The position numbers were made by a program, and so were the translations under genes. Below are positions 19,993 through 30,561 of a stretch of 64,000 nucleotides of DNA, piece by piece (the stretch's first letter is position 1; each line of letters begins with the position of its first letter). Location of the stretch: contig CAWHAA010000009.1 in NCBI GenBank assembly GCA_963827275.1, positions 104,923 through 168,922 on the forward strand, given 5' to 3'. The notes under the pieces were generated by a model. It was not told the origin of the DNA, did no database searches, and worked only from the letters and a program-made list of their open reading frames with translations. Origin of the DNA: an uncultured Spirochaetota bacterium (lineage in GTDB: Bacteria > Spirochaetota > UBA4802 > UBA5550).

Positions 19993-21526
19993 TTAGAATA
20001 TATTCTTGAAGATCAGGGGCGTCCCTTTTTCGGCGAACTCCCGGAGCAGGACCTCTCCCTGCTCAACATCGCGGGGATCGACTATGCGGGAGAGCCGGAT
20101 CATGCTGCAGTCCCTGTTGTTCCCGAAATCAGTGAGCATGGCATGCTGCAGGTCCATATACCCGCCCAGATCCTTCCCGTTATACCTGTACCAGTAATAC
20201 ACCAGCAGGCCTTTTTCTCCATATATGAACAGCATTCTTGTCACTGTTCTTCCGGAAGGTAAGGCGAGCACACTCTGGCTTAGAAGATTGTATCCCTCAT
20301 TTTTAAGGCAGAGTTCCGGTCTGTGCAGGAACGGGGTGCGGTCTCCCCGTGCGTGAATGAAATACAGATAGACGCTCATTTCTTCCGGAGGTGTCGTCTG
20401 CTTTATAATATTCCCGCATCAGGACATCGTCCGTTTTCAACATCGAAAAGTAGATTTCCTCGAGCTTTTCATCGCGTGATTTCCAGCCCGGGGCTTCTGT
20501 GCCGATAGAATTAATGAGAAGCGGGTATTTCACTTCTTTTGACCCGATGCTTTTCAGTTGAATGGCCAGTGATCCGGCGGCCATCAGTGCCATGATTATG
20601 ATGAGCGGCACCATGTTGTTTTTCTTTTTTTCAGATGAGGGTGTGCCATCCGCTGTTTTTTCATCACCGACGGTTTTAAAATTTGGCACATCGTTAATGA
20701 GGGTGATTAAGACAAAAATAATAATAAATACTATGGTCCCTATGACCTCGTGAAATGCGCCCAGGGCATATTTCCCGTACCCGTGTACGGTCAGTATCGT
20801 AACAATTATTATTCGCAATATATTGGACAGGAGCGCCGCGGGTATGGCTATCAGGTAATCCACTGCCGCTATCAGATTTCGCTTTTGAAAAAGCGCGAGG
20901 CACCAGAGAAGGGACGCCATGCCGAATATATTTTGCATCCCGCTGCATGCGGGGGTTATCTCGATAATATAATTGTTTATGTTCAATGTAGTCCCATGGA
21001 GGCTCGTCGAGGGATACATCAGTGAAAGAAAAAATCCGGATATGCCGGCGGCCGCGAGTTTTAAATAGAATGTCGCATGGTCGAGTAAAAAAGCGGGCAG
21101 GGGAATGGCCAGCAGAAGATATACAAAAAGCCCTTTATTGCGGTTAACAAAATATTTTCCCAGGAATAAAAAAGAGCATCCCAGGATAAATAGATATATG
21201 GCAAAAAACCGAGAGGTTACTATTGCAGCGTATCGCCCGAAGACCTCGGCGGCCAATGCAATTGATAATAACGAGAAGCCCGCTACAGGGGAATCCCCGG
21301 TGTTCCTGTTGAAGGTCCCGTATCTTTTTTTGAGGATCCAGAGGAAAATCGCGAAAACAAAAGGCCCTTGTGAATAATATGAGCCTGATGCAAACCAGCG
21401 GAGAAGAAGCTCCCTGAGTGAGCCGAAAAAAAACAGGACTGAAAAAACAAATAACAATACCCGGAAAATCCAGATATTGTTATTTGTTTTTAAAAAGCCC
21501 TTTATTCCAGATATGGCTGGATACAA
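19993..21526 (-). CDS. Exosortase (EpsH) fused to an EpsI domain; one frameshift near 20380-20390
   Basis: Multi-TM domain with ACSG (Cys), NILR (Arg) and FHE (His) triad motifs. EpsI-like DD.LMR.Y...H.PE.C...GY...YYWY continues in the next frame. Confidence 0.8.
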
Positions 21527-21534
21527 AATAATGC

Positions 21535-21771
21535 TTATTTTTTATCCAGGAACTTCTTTTTTACCGCAAAGGCAGCGCCCGCGCCGCCAAGGATTAAAAG
21601 TATTGTCGCAGGCTCAGGCACTCCGCCGCCCCCGGCATGGGGAGGATTATACCCCTGGAAAGGAGGTGTGGAAGGGTTGTTGTATTGCCAGATATTAGAT
21701 ATCCATGACATGCTAAAAGCCGTAGTAGAGCAGAGTAAGGTAAGAAAAAGTATAATCACAGTTTTTTTCAT
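21535..21771 (-). CDS. Very short PEP-CTERM sorting-domain protein
   Basis: Signal peptide MKKTVIILF..., about 30-aa cargo, then VPEPATILLILGGAGAAFAVKKK; immediately upstream of the exosortase. Confidence 0.85.
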   Translation of the reverse strand: MKKTVIILFLTLLCSTTAFSMSWISNIWQYNNPSTPPFQGYNPPHAGGGGVPEPATILLILGGAGAAFAVKKKFLDKK

Positions 21772-22214
21772 ACAAAACCTCATTAAAAATTATTCCTTAA
21801 ATTCTTCATATAGCCTGATACAAAATAGCCCAATCGGGCTTTTTTGTATTCATGAATTAGTAAGCACTGTCCAGATTGTCCGATTACTTCCTTAATTGAT
21901 AAAAATTAGTACTCTTTTACAGGTACTGAAATGGAAAGATTCTCTTAACTATTTTGTATAGGATGAAACTATCTTTTGTTTATATAATAAACCATAAATT
22001 GGTATTAGGCAAAAAAAACAAGATATTTTTTGTTTTTTTGAAATTTTACACCTGACTTTATCGGGAAATATATATGAATTCATATCAATTTCGTGCAAAG
22101 TGTCTTTTTATTTAATAATAATTGACAGATTGCCTGAAAACCTGTCCAGTGCGTGCTGCTGCGGCCGTGAACGACCGGCCCCGCGCGTTACTGTCGTGTC
22201 CCGGGGGTGATGAA

Positions 22215-22478
22215 ATGAGCGCGTTTGAAATCGTGATGCTGGTATGCTTCGGCTCGGCCTGGCCGTTTTCTATTTACCGGTCATGGAAATCGAAAACGGT
22301 GAAGGGGAAGAGCCTGGTGTTTCTGCTTATCGTGCTGGCGGGCTACCTCTCGGGGATATTGCACAAGCTGTTTTTTAACTACGACATGGTGATATACCTT
22401 TACTGCGTGAATTTCGCCCTCGTCATGGCCGATACTGCGCTGTACCTCCGCTACCGGAAGTCCGATGCGCGTCCGTAG
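22215..22478 (+). CDS. Small PQ-loop/SemiSWEET-like membrane protein
   Basis: FE..ML.CFG..WP.SI.KS...K...GKS motif, three TM segments. Confidence 0.65.
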   Translation: MSAFEIVMLVCFGSAWPFSIYRSWKSKTVKGKSLVFLLIVLAGYLSGILHKLFFNYDMVIYLYCVNFALVMADTALYLRYRKSDARP

Positions 22479-22481
22479 GGC

Positions 22482-22820
22482 CTATCCCCTGATCCCCAGC
22501 TCGTAGAGCTTGCCGACGATTTCGAAGGCGGTCATGCGGGTCGACAGGAGGGGGATGTTTTCCTCGTTCGCTTTTTTCAGCGTGTCCTCGTCGGGCAGGC
22601 GGCCGTTGATCAGGACCACCGCGGCGAACGATTTCAATGACGCGACGGAAACGATGTTTCGGTGGGTCTGGAGGGTGACCCAGATGCTCCCCTCCTTCGC
22701 GTGCGACATCACGTCGCTCAGGATGTCGCCGGCATACGCGTCCCGCACGTCGGCGTCAAGGGCCGTTGAATCGCTCTTCAGCTCGAGGCCGAGTTTTTCC
22801 ATCAGCTCTTTAAGTTTCAT
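22482..22820 (-). CDS. DRTGG-domain protein
   Basis: AGDILSDVM, WVTLQTHRNIVSVA and L.KA..E.IPLL patterns. Confidence 0.8.
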   Translation of the reverse strand: MKLKELMEKLGLELKSDSTALDADVRDAYAGDILSDVMSHAKEGSIWVTLQTHRNIVSVASLKSFAAVVLINGRLPDEDTLKKANEENIPLLSTRMTAFEIVGKLYELGIRG

Positions 22821-23733
22821 TGTCGGCTCCTATGAGGATTTCGATCTTTAACGTTGTCCCCTTTCCCGGGGCGGACTGTATCTCCATCGTATCAGAACAT
22901 TTTTTGATATTGGGAAGGCCCATGCCGGCCCCGAAGCCGAGCTCCCGGACCCACGGCTCGGCGGTGGTATAGCCTTCCTGCATCGCCAGCTCGATGTTCT
23001 CGATGCCGGGACCGTTGTCTTCGGCGACGATTGTCAGCGCCTCCCTGCTGATATTGAACGTCATCGTTCCCCCGTCCGTGTAGATGACCATGTTCATCTC
23101 CGCCTCGTAGGACGCGATGGCCGTGCGACGGATGATTTCGGGCCGTAGCCCAAGGCGCTTCAGGTTTTTCTTCATGGTGGTCGATGCGTTGCCTGCCCGG
23201 TCGAAGTCCTTCCCCGCGATGGTGAAGGTGAGCGAGAGGTCCACGTGGTCCGCGTTGATGTCCTGAAAGAAGTGGCTTGCCCGGTATTGCCTCACTTCCT
23301 CTTCGCTATATTCATGCTCAAGCTTCCGCAGCGTACCCAGGATGATGTCGCCGTTGGTTATGATGCCCACCAGCTTCCCGCTTTCGCGGTCGAGTACGGG
23401 GAAGCGCCCGAAGCGAAGCTGGTCAAACCGCTTGATGGCGTGGATGAGGGGCTGGTCGGAATAGAGGCACTGCGGTTCCTTCACCATCCAGTCCTTCACC
23501 GCGGAGTCCTTCCCGCCCGCCATGAGCCATGCGATCAGGTCTGATATGCTGATGATGCCCACCAGCCTGGTATCCTCAACCACGGGAACGCCGCTGAGAC
23601 GGTGCGAGCTCATCGCCTCGTTAAGCATTGACATGGAGTCGGCGGGGCCCACGGTGACGACGTCCTTTTTCATGGCGTCTCCCACCTTGAGCTCGAAAAG
23701 AATTTCCGCTGTTTTATCGAATCGTGTTTCCAT
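22810..23733 (-). CDS. Tandem CBS plus HATPase (RsbT-like Ser/Thr kinase, anti-sigma factor) protein
   Basis: Two CBS repeats, then YEAEMN, DNGPGI and GFGAGMGLPN ATP-binding motifs. Confidence 0.85.
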   Translation of the reverse strand: METRFDKTAEILFELKVGDAMKKDVVTVGPADSMSMLNEAMSSHRLSGVPVVEDTRLVGIISISDLIAWLMAGGKDSAVKDWMVKEPQCLYSDQPLIHAIKRFDQLRFGRFPVLDRESGKLVGIITNGDIILGTLRKLEHEYSEEEVRQYRASHFFQDINADHVDLSLTFTIAGKDFDRAGNASTTMKKNLKRLGLRPEIIRRTAIASYEAEMNMVIYTDGGTMTFNISREALTIVAEDNGPGIENIELAMQEGYTTAEPWVRELGFGAGMGLPNIKKCSDTMEIQSAPGKGTTLKIEILIGADNET

Positions 23734-23759
23734 CGGCGATCAATTCCGAATGCCTGCCA

Positions 23760-24113
23760 TTATTTTTCACTGGCCCCGCGTATGCCCCGGCCGTAGAGCC
23801 TGCCGCATGACGTAAACAGGCTTAAATTGGTGCTCATGACGACGACATTTTCCTGGCAGGCGAGATCGATCATCTGGCGGCTTGCCAGCTTCCCCCTGAC
23901 GAAAATCACCGCCTTTATGCCGAACACGGACGCGGTGCGTATCACCTGCGCGTTGCACAGGCCCGTGAGGAGCAGGTCCGGCACCCCGTCCTCGACCAGG
24001 ACTTCGCTCATAAAATCGCTGGCGCGGGCGGTCCTGACGGTCTCCTCCAGCTGGTTCGGCCTGGTGAAGTGGACGTCCGCTTCGATAAGTTCTATGGTTT
24101 CCCGCAATATCAT
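23760..24113 (-). CDS. DRTGG-domain protein
   Basis: ASDFMSEVL, LLLTGL.N.QVIRTA, FVRGK and CGRLY patterns. Confidence 0.8.
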   Translation of the reverse strand: MILRETIELIEADVHFTRPNQLEETVRTARASDFMSEVLVEDGVPDLLLTGLCNAQVIRTASVFGIKAVIFVRGKLASRQMIDLACQENVVVMSTNLSLFTSCGRLYGRGIRGASEK

Positions 24114-24318
24114 GGCATCGAAATGTAATCCGGGCCCTCATGGTAAGCCGGCGGGACCGGATAAAAATAATTTCTTATCTATAAAGAGAAAAAAAATTAT
24201 GTCAAGGATAAAAATATTTCATGCCATGTGCTGTCGGATCAAAATTATTTATTGTAAAATTATGGATTGGTGCTACATTAGTGGATAACTATAGCTACTG
24301 ACTCACGGGGAGAATGTT

Positions 24319-25566
24319 GTGGGAAAAACCGGACATGCACAGGAAGAGCAACGGATTCTTGAATTGATCGCCGGAAAGGTGTCGGCGGGGGCCGGGCTGA
24401 AGGAGATTTGTGACACGGTTTTCCCCGAAGTCTTCCGCATAATGCCCTGTGACAGAATCGATGTCGGCATGGTCGAGGAGGCGGGCAAGCGTATCGTCTT
24501 GAAGTTTGTCAGGGCCGCGTACAGCCCGGTCCGCGCCGAGGAGGGATATGCCGGTGATGTCCCGAAAAGCTTTTATCAGCGCGCCATCGAACTCCGGGCG
24601 CCGTTTGCTTTCGATCCTGCGGTTCAGGGGGGTGAATTCGAGGAACATGAGCTCTCGGACCTGCTCGCCGAAGAGGGGATCCGTTCCATGATCGTAGTGC
24701 CGATCGGGGGGGGCGGATCAATCATCGCTGTTCTCGTGTGCGGTTCGCGTTTACCCGGGGTCATGTCTGAAGGCCGGATAAGATTTTTGTCCGGGGCGGC
24801 GGACCTTCTCCGTTACCCGGTTGAGCGGGCGCGCCAGGACGATATGATCGAGAAGAACTACCGGTCGTACATGGAGATGCTCGGGTTTGTGTCGCACGAG
24901 CTGAGGAGCCCCCTTTCGTCAATCATCACGCTGACGGAGACCCTTTCCGAAGGATATTACGGCAGGCTGGAGGACCGGCAGCGGGAGATACTGGGGAAGA
25001 TACTCGTCAAGGCCGAATACCTGCATACGATGAGCAGCCAGTATCTCAACCTGTCTCGGTTCGAGAGCGACCTGATGGAGCTCCGGCCGCGGCTCGTGGA
25101 TTTCATCGATGACATCATCGAGCCCGCCATCGGGATACTGGAGCCGCAGATTGAAGAGCGGGGCGTGAAGATCGAGCGTGACTACCATATGTCCGTCTTT
25201 CCTGTCCAGTGCGACCCGGACCAGATCAGGATCGTCGTTATCAACCTCCTGGGAAACGGCATAAAATACGGGAACCGGGAGGGGCGGTTGCGGCTGACCA
25301 TCGAAAAGGGGTTTAAAAAGTTTTCTGTCGCGGTATGGAATGAAGGCCCCGGCTTCAGCGAACATGAAAAGCACCTGCTTTTCAAGAAATTTTCGCGGCT
25401 TCAGGCGCCGGAGCTTGTCGATCGGAAGGGCAGCGGCATCGGCCTGTACGTGTCATGGAAGATCGTTAATCTTCACTGCGGACGCATATTCGCGGAATCG
25501 GAGCAGGGGTCCTGGGCCCGGTTCACCGTGGAGCTGCCGCAGTACCAGGACCTCTGCATCATCTGA
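24319..25566 (+). CDS. GAF-domain sensor histidine kinase
   Basis: N-terminal GAF domain; H-box SHELRSPL, N-box NLLGNGIKY, GPG and GSGIGL. Confidence 0.88.
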   Translation: MGKTGHAQEEQRILELIAGKVSAGAGLKEICDTVFPEVFRIMPCDRIDVGMVEEAGKRIVLKFVRAAYSPVRAEEGYAGDVPKSFYQRAIELRAPFAFDPAVQGGEFEEHELSDLLAEEGIRSMIVVPIGGGGSIIAVLVCGSRLPGVMSEGRIRFLSGAADLLRYPVERARQDDMIEKNYRSYMEMLGFVSHELRSPLSSIITLTETLSEGYYGRLEDRQREILGKILVKAEYLHTMSSQYLNLSRFESDLMELRPRLVDFIDDIIEPAIGILEPQIEERGVKIERDYHMSVFPVQCDPDQIRIVVINLLGNGIKYGNREGRLRLTIEKGFKKFSVAVWNEGPGFSEHEKHLLFKKFSRLQAPELVDRKGSGIGLYVSWKIVNLHCGRIFAESEQGSWARFTVELPQYQDLCII

Positions 25567-25816
25567 TGTTTTTTGGGGGGCCGGGCTCCTCCTCCTTGTC
25601 GAGCAGCGCCAGGTACTGGTCCCAGACCTTGTCAATCTCGGCGGCCTCCTTTTCGTCGAGCCGCTCTATTATGAACCCCGCATGGACAATCACCTTGTCG
25701 CCCTTTTTCACCTCGGGCATGAAGGTGATATCGACGGTCTTCTCCACCCCGCGGGACTCGGCCACGGCGCGGTTTCCCTCTATTCGTATTATGCTCATCG
25801 GTACTGCGAGACACAT
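25559..25816 (-). CDS. hypC: Hydrogenase chaperone HypC
   Basis: MCLAVP start at 25816; GD.VIVHAGF. Confidence 0.93.
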   Translation of the reverse strand: MCLAVPMSIIRIEGNRAVAESRGVEKTVDITFMPEVKKGDKVIVHAGFIIERLDEKEAAEIDKVWDQYLALLDKEEEPGPPKNIR

Positions 25817-25952
25817 GGTAGTGCACCTCTGGTATATAAGTCTTGGATAAAAATGCTTGTTACAATAAAATACCCTCACCCGCGCTGCCGCGCACCCTCT
25901 CCCATTACATCATGAAGAAAGGAGAGGGTTTCTGCAGCATGGAGCCTTCGGT

Positions 25953-26957
25953 TCAGCAGATCCTCGGCAGCTGCTCCTCGGTCAGAAGCGGCAGTATCCG
26001 TCTCCCGCCGATGGCGGTCTCGAGGTACGCCTTGCCCGGGAATTCCATGTTTATCTCGCCGATAACCGCCGCGTCTGTTCCTTCCGGCGACTGCTTCAGG
26101 ACGGAGACGACACCCTCCGCGTCTTCGGCCTTCACTATCAAAATGACTTTTCCCTCGTTGGCCGCGTACAGCGCGTCGATGCCGAGGATGCCGCACACGC
26201 CCTTCACCTCGTCCCTGACGGGAAGCGATTCCTCCACGAGCTTCGCGCTGAATCCCTTGCCCTTCACGATCTCGTTCAGGACCGAGGCGACGCCGCCCCT
26301 GGTCGGGTCCCGCATGAATTTCACGCTGTCAGGGAACGCGTCAGTTACCTTCCGTATCATGTGGTTCAGGTGGGCGCAGTCCGACGAGAGCCCCTTTGAA
26401 AACGAGAGGTTGTTGCGCAGCGCCATCACCGCCATGCCGTGGTCGCCGATGGTGCCGCTCGTTATGATGCGGTCGCCCGGAACGATCTCCTCCCGCGCGG
26501 TCTTTCGCTCGATCAGGCCGATGCCGGAGGTGTTGATGAACATCCGGTCCGCCTTGCCGGAGGGCACCACCTTGGTGTCGCCGGTCACGATCTTCACGCC
26601 TGCCGCGTCCGCCTCGGATCTCATGGAATCAAGGACGCGCTCCAGGTCCCCGAAGTCGAGGCCCTCTTCGAGGACAAGGGCGCAGGAAATGTAGAGCGGC
26701 GTCGCGCCCATGACCGCGAGGTCGTTCACCGTCCCGTTCACCGCGAGCGTGCCGATGTCGCCGCCCGGGAAGAAGAGCGGCGTTATGGTGAAGGTGTCGG
26801 TGGTGAAGGCGATGGTGGCGCCGCCGATGGAGAGCACGGCGGAATCATCGAGCTGGACGCTGTCGCCGCCGAAGCGCTTCCTGATGACCGTGTCGATCAT
26901 ATCGTTCATCAGCTTGCCGCCGCTGCCGTGGCCCGGTAGTATCTTTTTTGTCATCAT
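25953..26957 (-). CDS. hypE: Hydrogenase maturation dehydratase HypE
   Basis: HGSGGK, FPGGDIG.LAV.GTVNDLA, GDTKVV, RDPTRGG, ANEG and C-terminal PRIC. Confidence 0.96.
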   Translation of the reverse strand: MMTKKILPGHGSGGKLMNDMIDTVIRKRFGGDSVQLDDSAVLSIGGATIAFTTDTFTITPLFFPGGDIGTLAVNGTVNDLAVMGATPLYISCALVLEEGLDFGDLERVLDSMRSEADAAGVKIVTGDTKVVPSGKADRMFINTSGIGLIERKTAREEIVPGDRIITSGTIGDHGMAVMALRNNLSFSKGLSSDCAHLNHMIRKVTDAFPDSVKFMRDPTRGGVASVLNEIVKGKGFSAKLVEESLPVRDEVKGVCGILGIDALYAANEGKVILIVKAEDAEGVVSVLKQSPEGTDAAVIGEINMEFPGKAYLETAIGGRRILPLLTEEQLPRIC

Positions 26958-28021
26958 CTGCTCCAGTACCGATAGTACGCCGCGCAGGGACCTTCAAGCG
27001 AAACCATGCAGGGGCCCACCGGCTCCTCGGGGGTGCAGGCCTTCCCGTACAGCGGGCAGGAAGGCGGGGAGATGAGGCCGCGGAGCAGCTCGCCGCACCG
27101 GCAGCCCTTCGCCTCTCGGACCGGCGGCGGGACGACCGGGAACTTGCGTGCCGCGTCGAAGTCCGCGTATTCGTCCCGGACCTCGAGGCCGCTTCCCGGT
27201 ATCACGCCGATGCCGCGCCACTGCGCGTCGGATGTTTTGAAGACGCGGTCCATTATCTCGACGGCCTTCACGTTCCCTTCTTCCCTGACAACGCGGGTAT
27301 ACTGGTTTATGGTTTCGATCTTTTCCCTGATGACCATGTCGGCAAGCGCTATCATGCCCATCATGAGATCGGGTGCGTCGAAGCCGGATACCACGCACGG
27401 CTTTCCGTAGCGCTCCGCGATGAAGCGCCACGGCGCGACGCCGATGACCGCGCTCACGTGGCCCGGGAGGATGAACCCGTCGATCTTCACCTCCCGCGCG
27501 GCAAGGAGCGCGTCCACCGCCGGCGGGGTGAGCTTGTTCCCGGCAAGGAGCGAGAAGTTTTTCACGTTGCGCTGCTTCGCCTCGATGACGGTGGCCGCTT
27601 CCGCCGGGGCCGTGGTCTCGAAGCCCACGCTCAGGAAGATGACCTCCCTGCCGGCGTCCGCGGCGGCCATCTCCAGCGCGTCCACCGGCGAGTACACGAT
27701 GCGCACGTCCATCCCCTCCGCCTTTTCCTTCGCGAGGGAGCTGTAGGACGAGGGGACCTTTATCATGTCGCCGAAGGTGGCGATGACGGGGCGGTGCTTC
27801 CTGCCGATCTCGATCGCGCGGTCCAGAAAATCGTTGGGCGTCACGCACACGGGGCACCCGGGCCCGTCAATGAGCTCCAGGTTTTCCGGGAACAGGTCCT
27901 TCACGCCGGTGCGGAAGAACTCGGTGGTGTGCGTGCCGCACACCTCCATGATCCGGACCGCCCGGTCCAGGCGGAGGCCCTTCAGGCGCGCCGCGAGTTT
28001 TTTATTCAGCTCGGTCGTCAT
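26954..28021 (-). CDS. hypD: Hydrogenase maturation protein HypD
   Basis: MEVCGTHT, GPGCPVC, GFETT, PGHVS and C-terminal Cys cluster. Confidence 0.96.
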   Translation of the reverse strand: MTTELNKKLAARLKGLRLDRAVRIMEVCGTHTTEFFRTGVKDLFPENLELIDGPGCPVCVTPNDFLDRAIEIGRKHRPVIATFGDMIKVPSSYSSLAKEKAEGMDVRIVYSPVDALEMAAADAGREVIFLSVGFETTAPAEAATVIEAKQRNVKNFSLLAGNKLTPPAVDALLAAREVKIDGFILPGHVSAVIGVAPWRFIAERYGKPCVVSGFDAPDLMMGMIALADMVIREKIETINQYTRVVREEGNVKAVEIMDRVFKTSDAQWRGIGVIPGSGLEVRDEYADFDAARKFPVVPPPVREAKGCRCGELLRGLISPPSCPLYGKACTPEEPVGPCMVSLEGPCAAYYRYWSR

Positions 28022-28368
28022 TACGTTATTTCTATGCTTATGATCGAAAATTCCCGCCCTTCAAGGAGCTCAATGTCGTTCTCGTTGCATTTCAGGCAGG
28101 TGAAGCCCCATTCGCCGTCCGAGAAGGTGTGCTCGTTTCCACAAGATCTGCAGCGTACCTTGACCGGCACCCGCTCGATGTCCAGGACCGCCCCGTTCGC
28201 GATGGTGTCCTTGCAGAGCATGTCGAAGTAGCTCTGCGCCCATTCCGGGATGATATCGGAGAGGCGGCCGATGCGCAGGTTAACTTTCGTGACCCTTTTC
28301 GCGTTGTTCCGGTTCGCGTGGTCCAGGACGATGTCCAGGATGTTGCCCATTATTGAGAGTTCGTGCAA
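28021..28368 (-). CDS. hypA: Hydrogenase nickel chaperone HypA (TTG start)
   Basis: MHELSI, CRSC/CLKC and GRE motifs. Confidence 0.94.
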   Translation of the reverse strand: MHELSIMGNILDIVLDHANRNNAKRVTKVNLRIGRLSDIIPEWAQSYFDMLCKDTIANGAVLDIERVPVKVRCRSCGNEHTFSDGEWGFTCLKCNENDIELLEGREFSIISIEIT

Positions 28369-28639
28369 TTGCGCTCCTGTGCTGACGGCGTTTTCTCTTT
28401 ATAACCATCATAATCATAACGGGAAGGCGTTGATATATGTCAACTATTAATGGGCGGCTTGGACCGGCGTCCGGTTCCGGCGGGTCTGTCCGGTATTCAG
28501 GGCGGAGGCGTCTGATTAATCGGCGGCACCGTCGCATGACGGCGCAATTAGTACCGTGCATCACAGGGGTGTCATACAATCCGTTCCGGATTCAGTATAA
28601 CTCCCCGTGTGCAGTAAACGGCAGGTTTACATGTTGAAA

Positions 28640-28711
28640 TTAAAATGGTAAAAGCGCGATTAACGCGATCGCGGTAAATACCATTGCGAGCACCATCAAT
28701 GTCTGCTTCAT
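28640..28711 (-). CDS. Small hydrophobic peptide, 23 aa: MKQTLMVLAMVFTAIALIALLPF
   Basis: AGGGGG SD upstream; close paralog at 30793-30864. Below the ORF-track cutoff. Confidence 0.7.
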   Translation of the reverse strand: MKQTLMVLAMVFTAIALIALLPF

Positions 28712-28958
28712 GTCATATCCCCCTTAAGACCAGTGAGATCTATTTTTTTTGTGTAAACAAAATTCCGCCCAAGTGGGCTTTAATATTGTTATAGGAATTA
28801 TTAATATATATTTAATTATATGTCTCGTTAATTTCTGATTAATCAGATATTGGTATAAATAAATAATTATTCTTGTAATTATATAGCTTCCTGATGGCAT
28901 ATTTCATAGAAATTGTATTGAAAACCGCATATTGGATGTTTTCTTGAGGAGGCCCCCC

Positions 28959-30561
28959 ATGTCACAGCCGGACCGCAACAATCCCTACAGTTTCAACGAA
29001 TTCCTCGAATGGCGAAAGAATGTCGATTACTACGCCGACGATCCCTTCATCCAGAAGGTCGTGAAGCATTTCTGCGGACCGGACAGGAAAAAGGTCGATG
29101 CGCGGGCGCGCGTGATATCCGCGAAGGCATCGTTCCGGTGGCGCGACATGGCGGAGGCCATCGCCTGGCCGGAAAAGCGGCCCTACATGATGCACTACGA
29201 CGGCCATCACAACCGGATCGACCGGATCGTGCGGCCCCACGAGACGGAGATCATGGAACGGGAGGTGTTCGGCGAGCGCCTCTTTTCGGACGCCGTCACC
29301 CCCTGGGAGAAGCTCATCGGCATGTACATCATCTACCAGAACAGCGAGGCCTGTATCGCCTGCCCCCTGACCTGCACCGAGGGCCTGGTGAAGCTGCTGG
29401 AGAAATATGCGGACACGCCGGAGACGCGGCGCATCCTCGTGCACTGCAAGAACGGGATCGACGGCGAGGTGGCCATCGGCGCGCAGTACCTCTCGGAGAT
29501 ACAGGGCGGCTCCGACGTGCCGGCGAACCTGCTCGAGGCGGTGGAGGAGGAGGGGCGCGTGGCGGCTGTACGGGACCAAGTTCTTCTGCTCTGCCACCCA
29601 CGCGGATTACGCCGTGGTGACGGCGAAGCCGCGCGGCTCGGAGAAGGTGGCGCTCTTCGTGGTGCCCTCCTGGCTGCCGGGAGACAGGGAGAAGGAGATA
29701 CGCAACGGGTACACCATCGACCGGATCAAGTGGAAGATGGGAACCAGCGAGCTGACCACGGCCGAGCTCACCTTCAACGGCGCGGTCGCCTACCCGGTGG
29801 GGCCCCTGGACCGGGGCCTGGCAAATGTCGTGGGGATCGTGCTGACCTATTCGCGCCTGACCGTGGGCCTGGCCGCGGGCGCGAGCATGGCCCGCTGCTG
29901 CCGCGAGGCGAAAAAGTACAGCGAGTTCCGCGAGGCCTTCGGCCTGCGGATCGGCGGCTTCCCGCTGGTGAAGCTGCAGCTGCGCGGAGATGGAGCGGTC
30001 TCGCGCGGCGGACCACCGCCGGCTCGTTCAAGCTCTACAGCGAGTTCCTGGGGCTCGAGGGCGGACTGAAGGGCGGCCTGGTCGGCCGACGAGCCGCCTG
30101 CAATGCGGCGGAAGCGCTTTGACGTGCGCGAGCTCATCATGCTGCAGAAGATCACGGCGGCGGCCGACTCGACAGACATCGTGCGCACGGCGATGTCGAT
30201 CTTCGGCGGCCACGGCGTGATGGAGGACTTCTCCTCCCTGCCGCGCTTCTACCGCGACGCCGCCATCAACGAGCTGTGGGAGGGGCCGCGGAACGTGCTC
30301 CTCACCCAGATGCATAACGACATGAAGAGGGCGGCCGACTGGTACGGCCCGGCTGACTTCGTCGGGTCTGTGCTGCGCGGGGCGGACACCGCGCATATCA
30401 ATGCCTGTGCGGAGGAGATGGCGGAGCTCACCGCGCATCCGAACCTCTTCAGCGGCGATGAGAAGACGCTCGAGGTGTGCGGCAGGTGGGACCGGTTCTG
30501 CACCGATCTCTTTCATTCTTATCAGGATCTGGCCATGGCCGAGGTGGAGGGGGGCGCATAG
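28959..30561 (+). pseudogene. Acyl-CoA dehydrogenase (AidB-like), several frameshifts (possibly assembly indels)
   Basis: CPLTCT, QYLSEIQGGSD, LYGTKFFCS, RIKWKMGT..L.TAE, R.AFG..I..FPLV, FGGHG.MED..LPR.YRD...ELWEG..NV spread over three frames. Confidence 0.85.
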
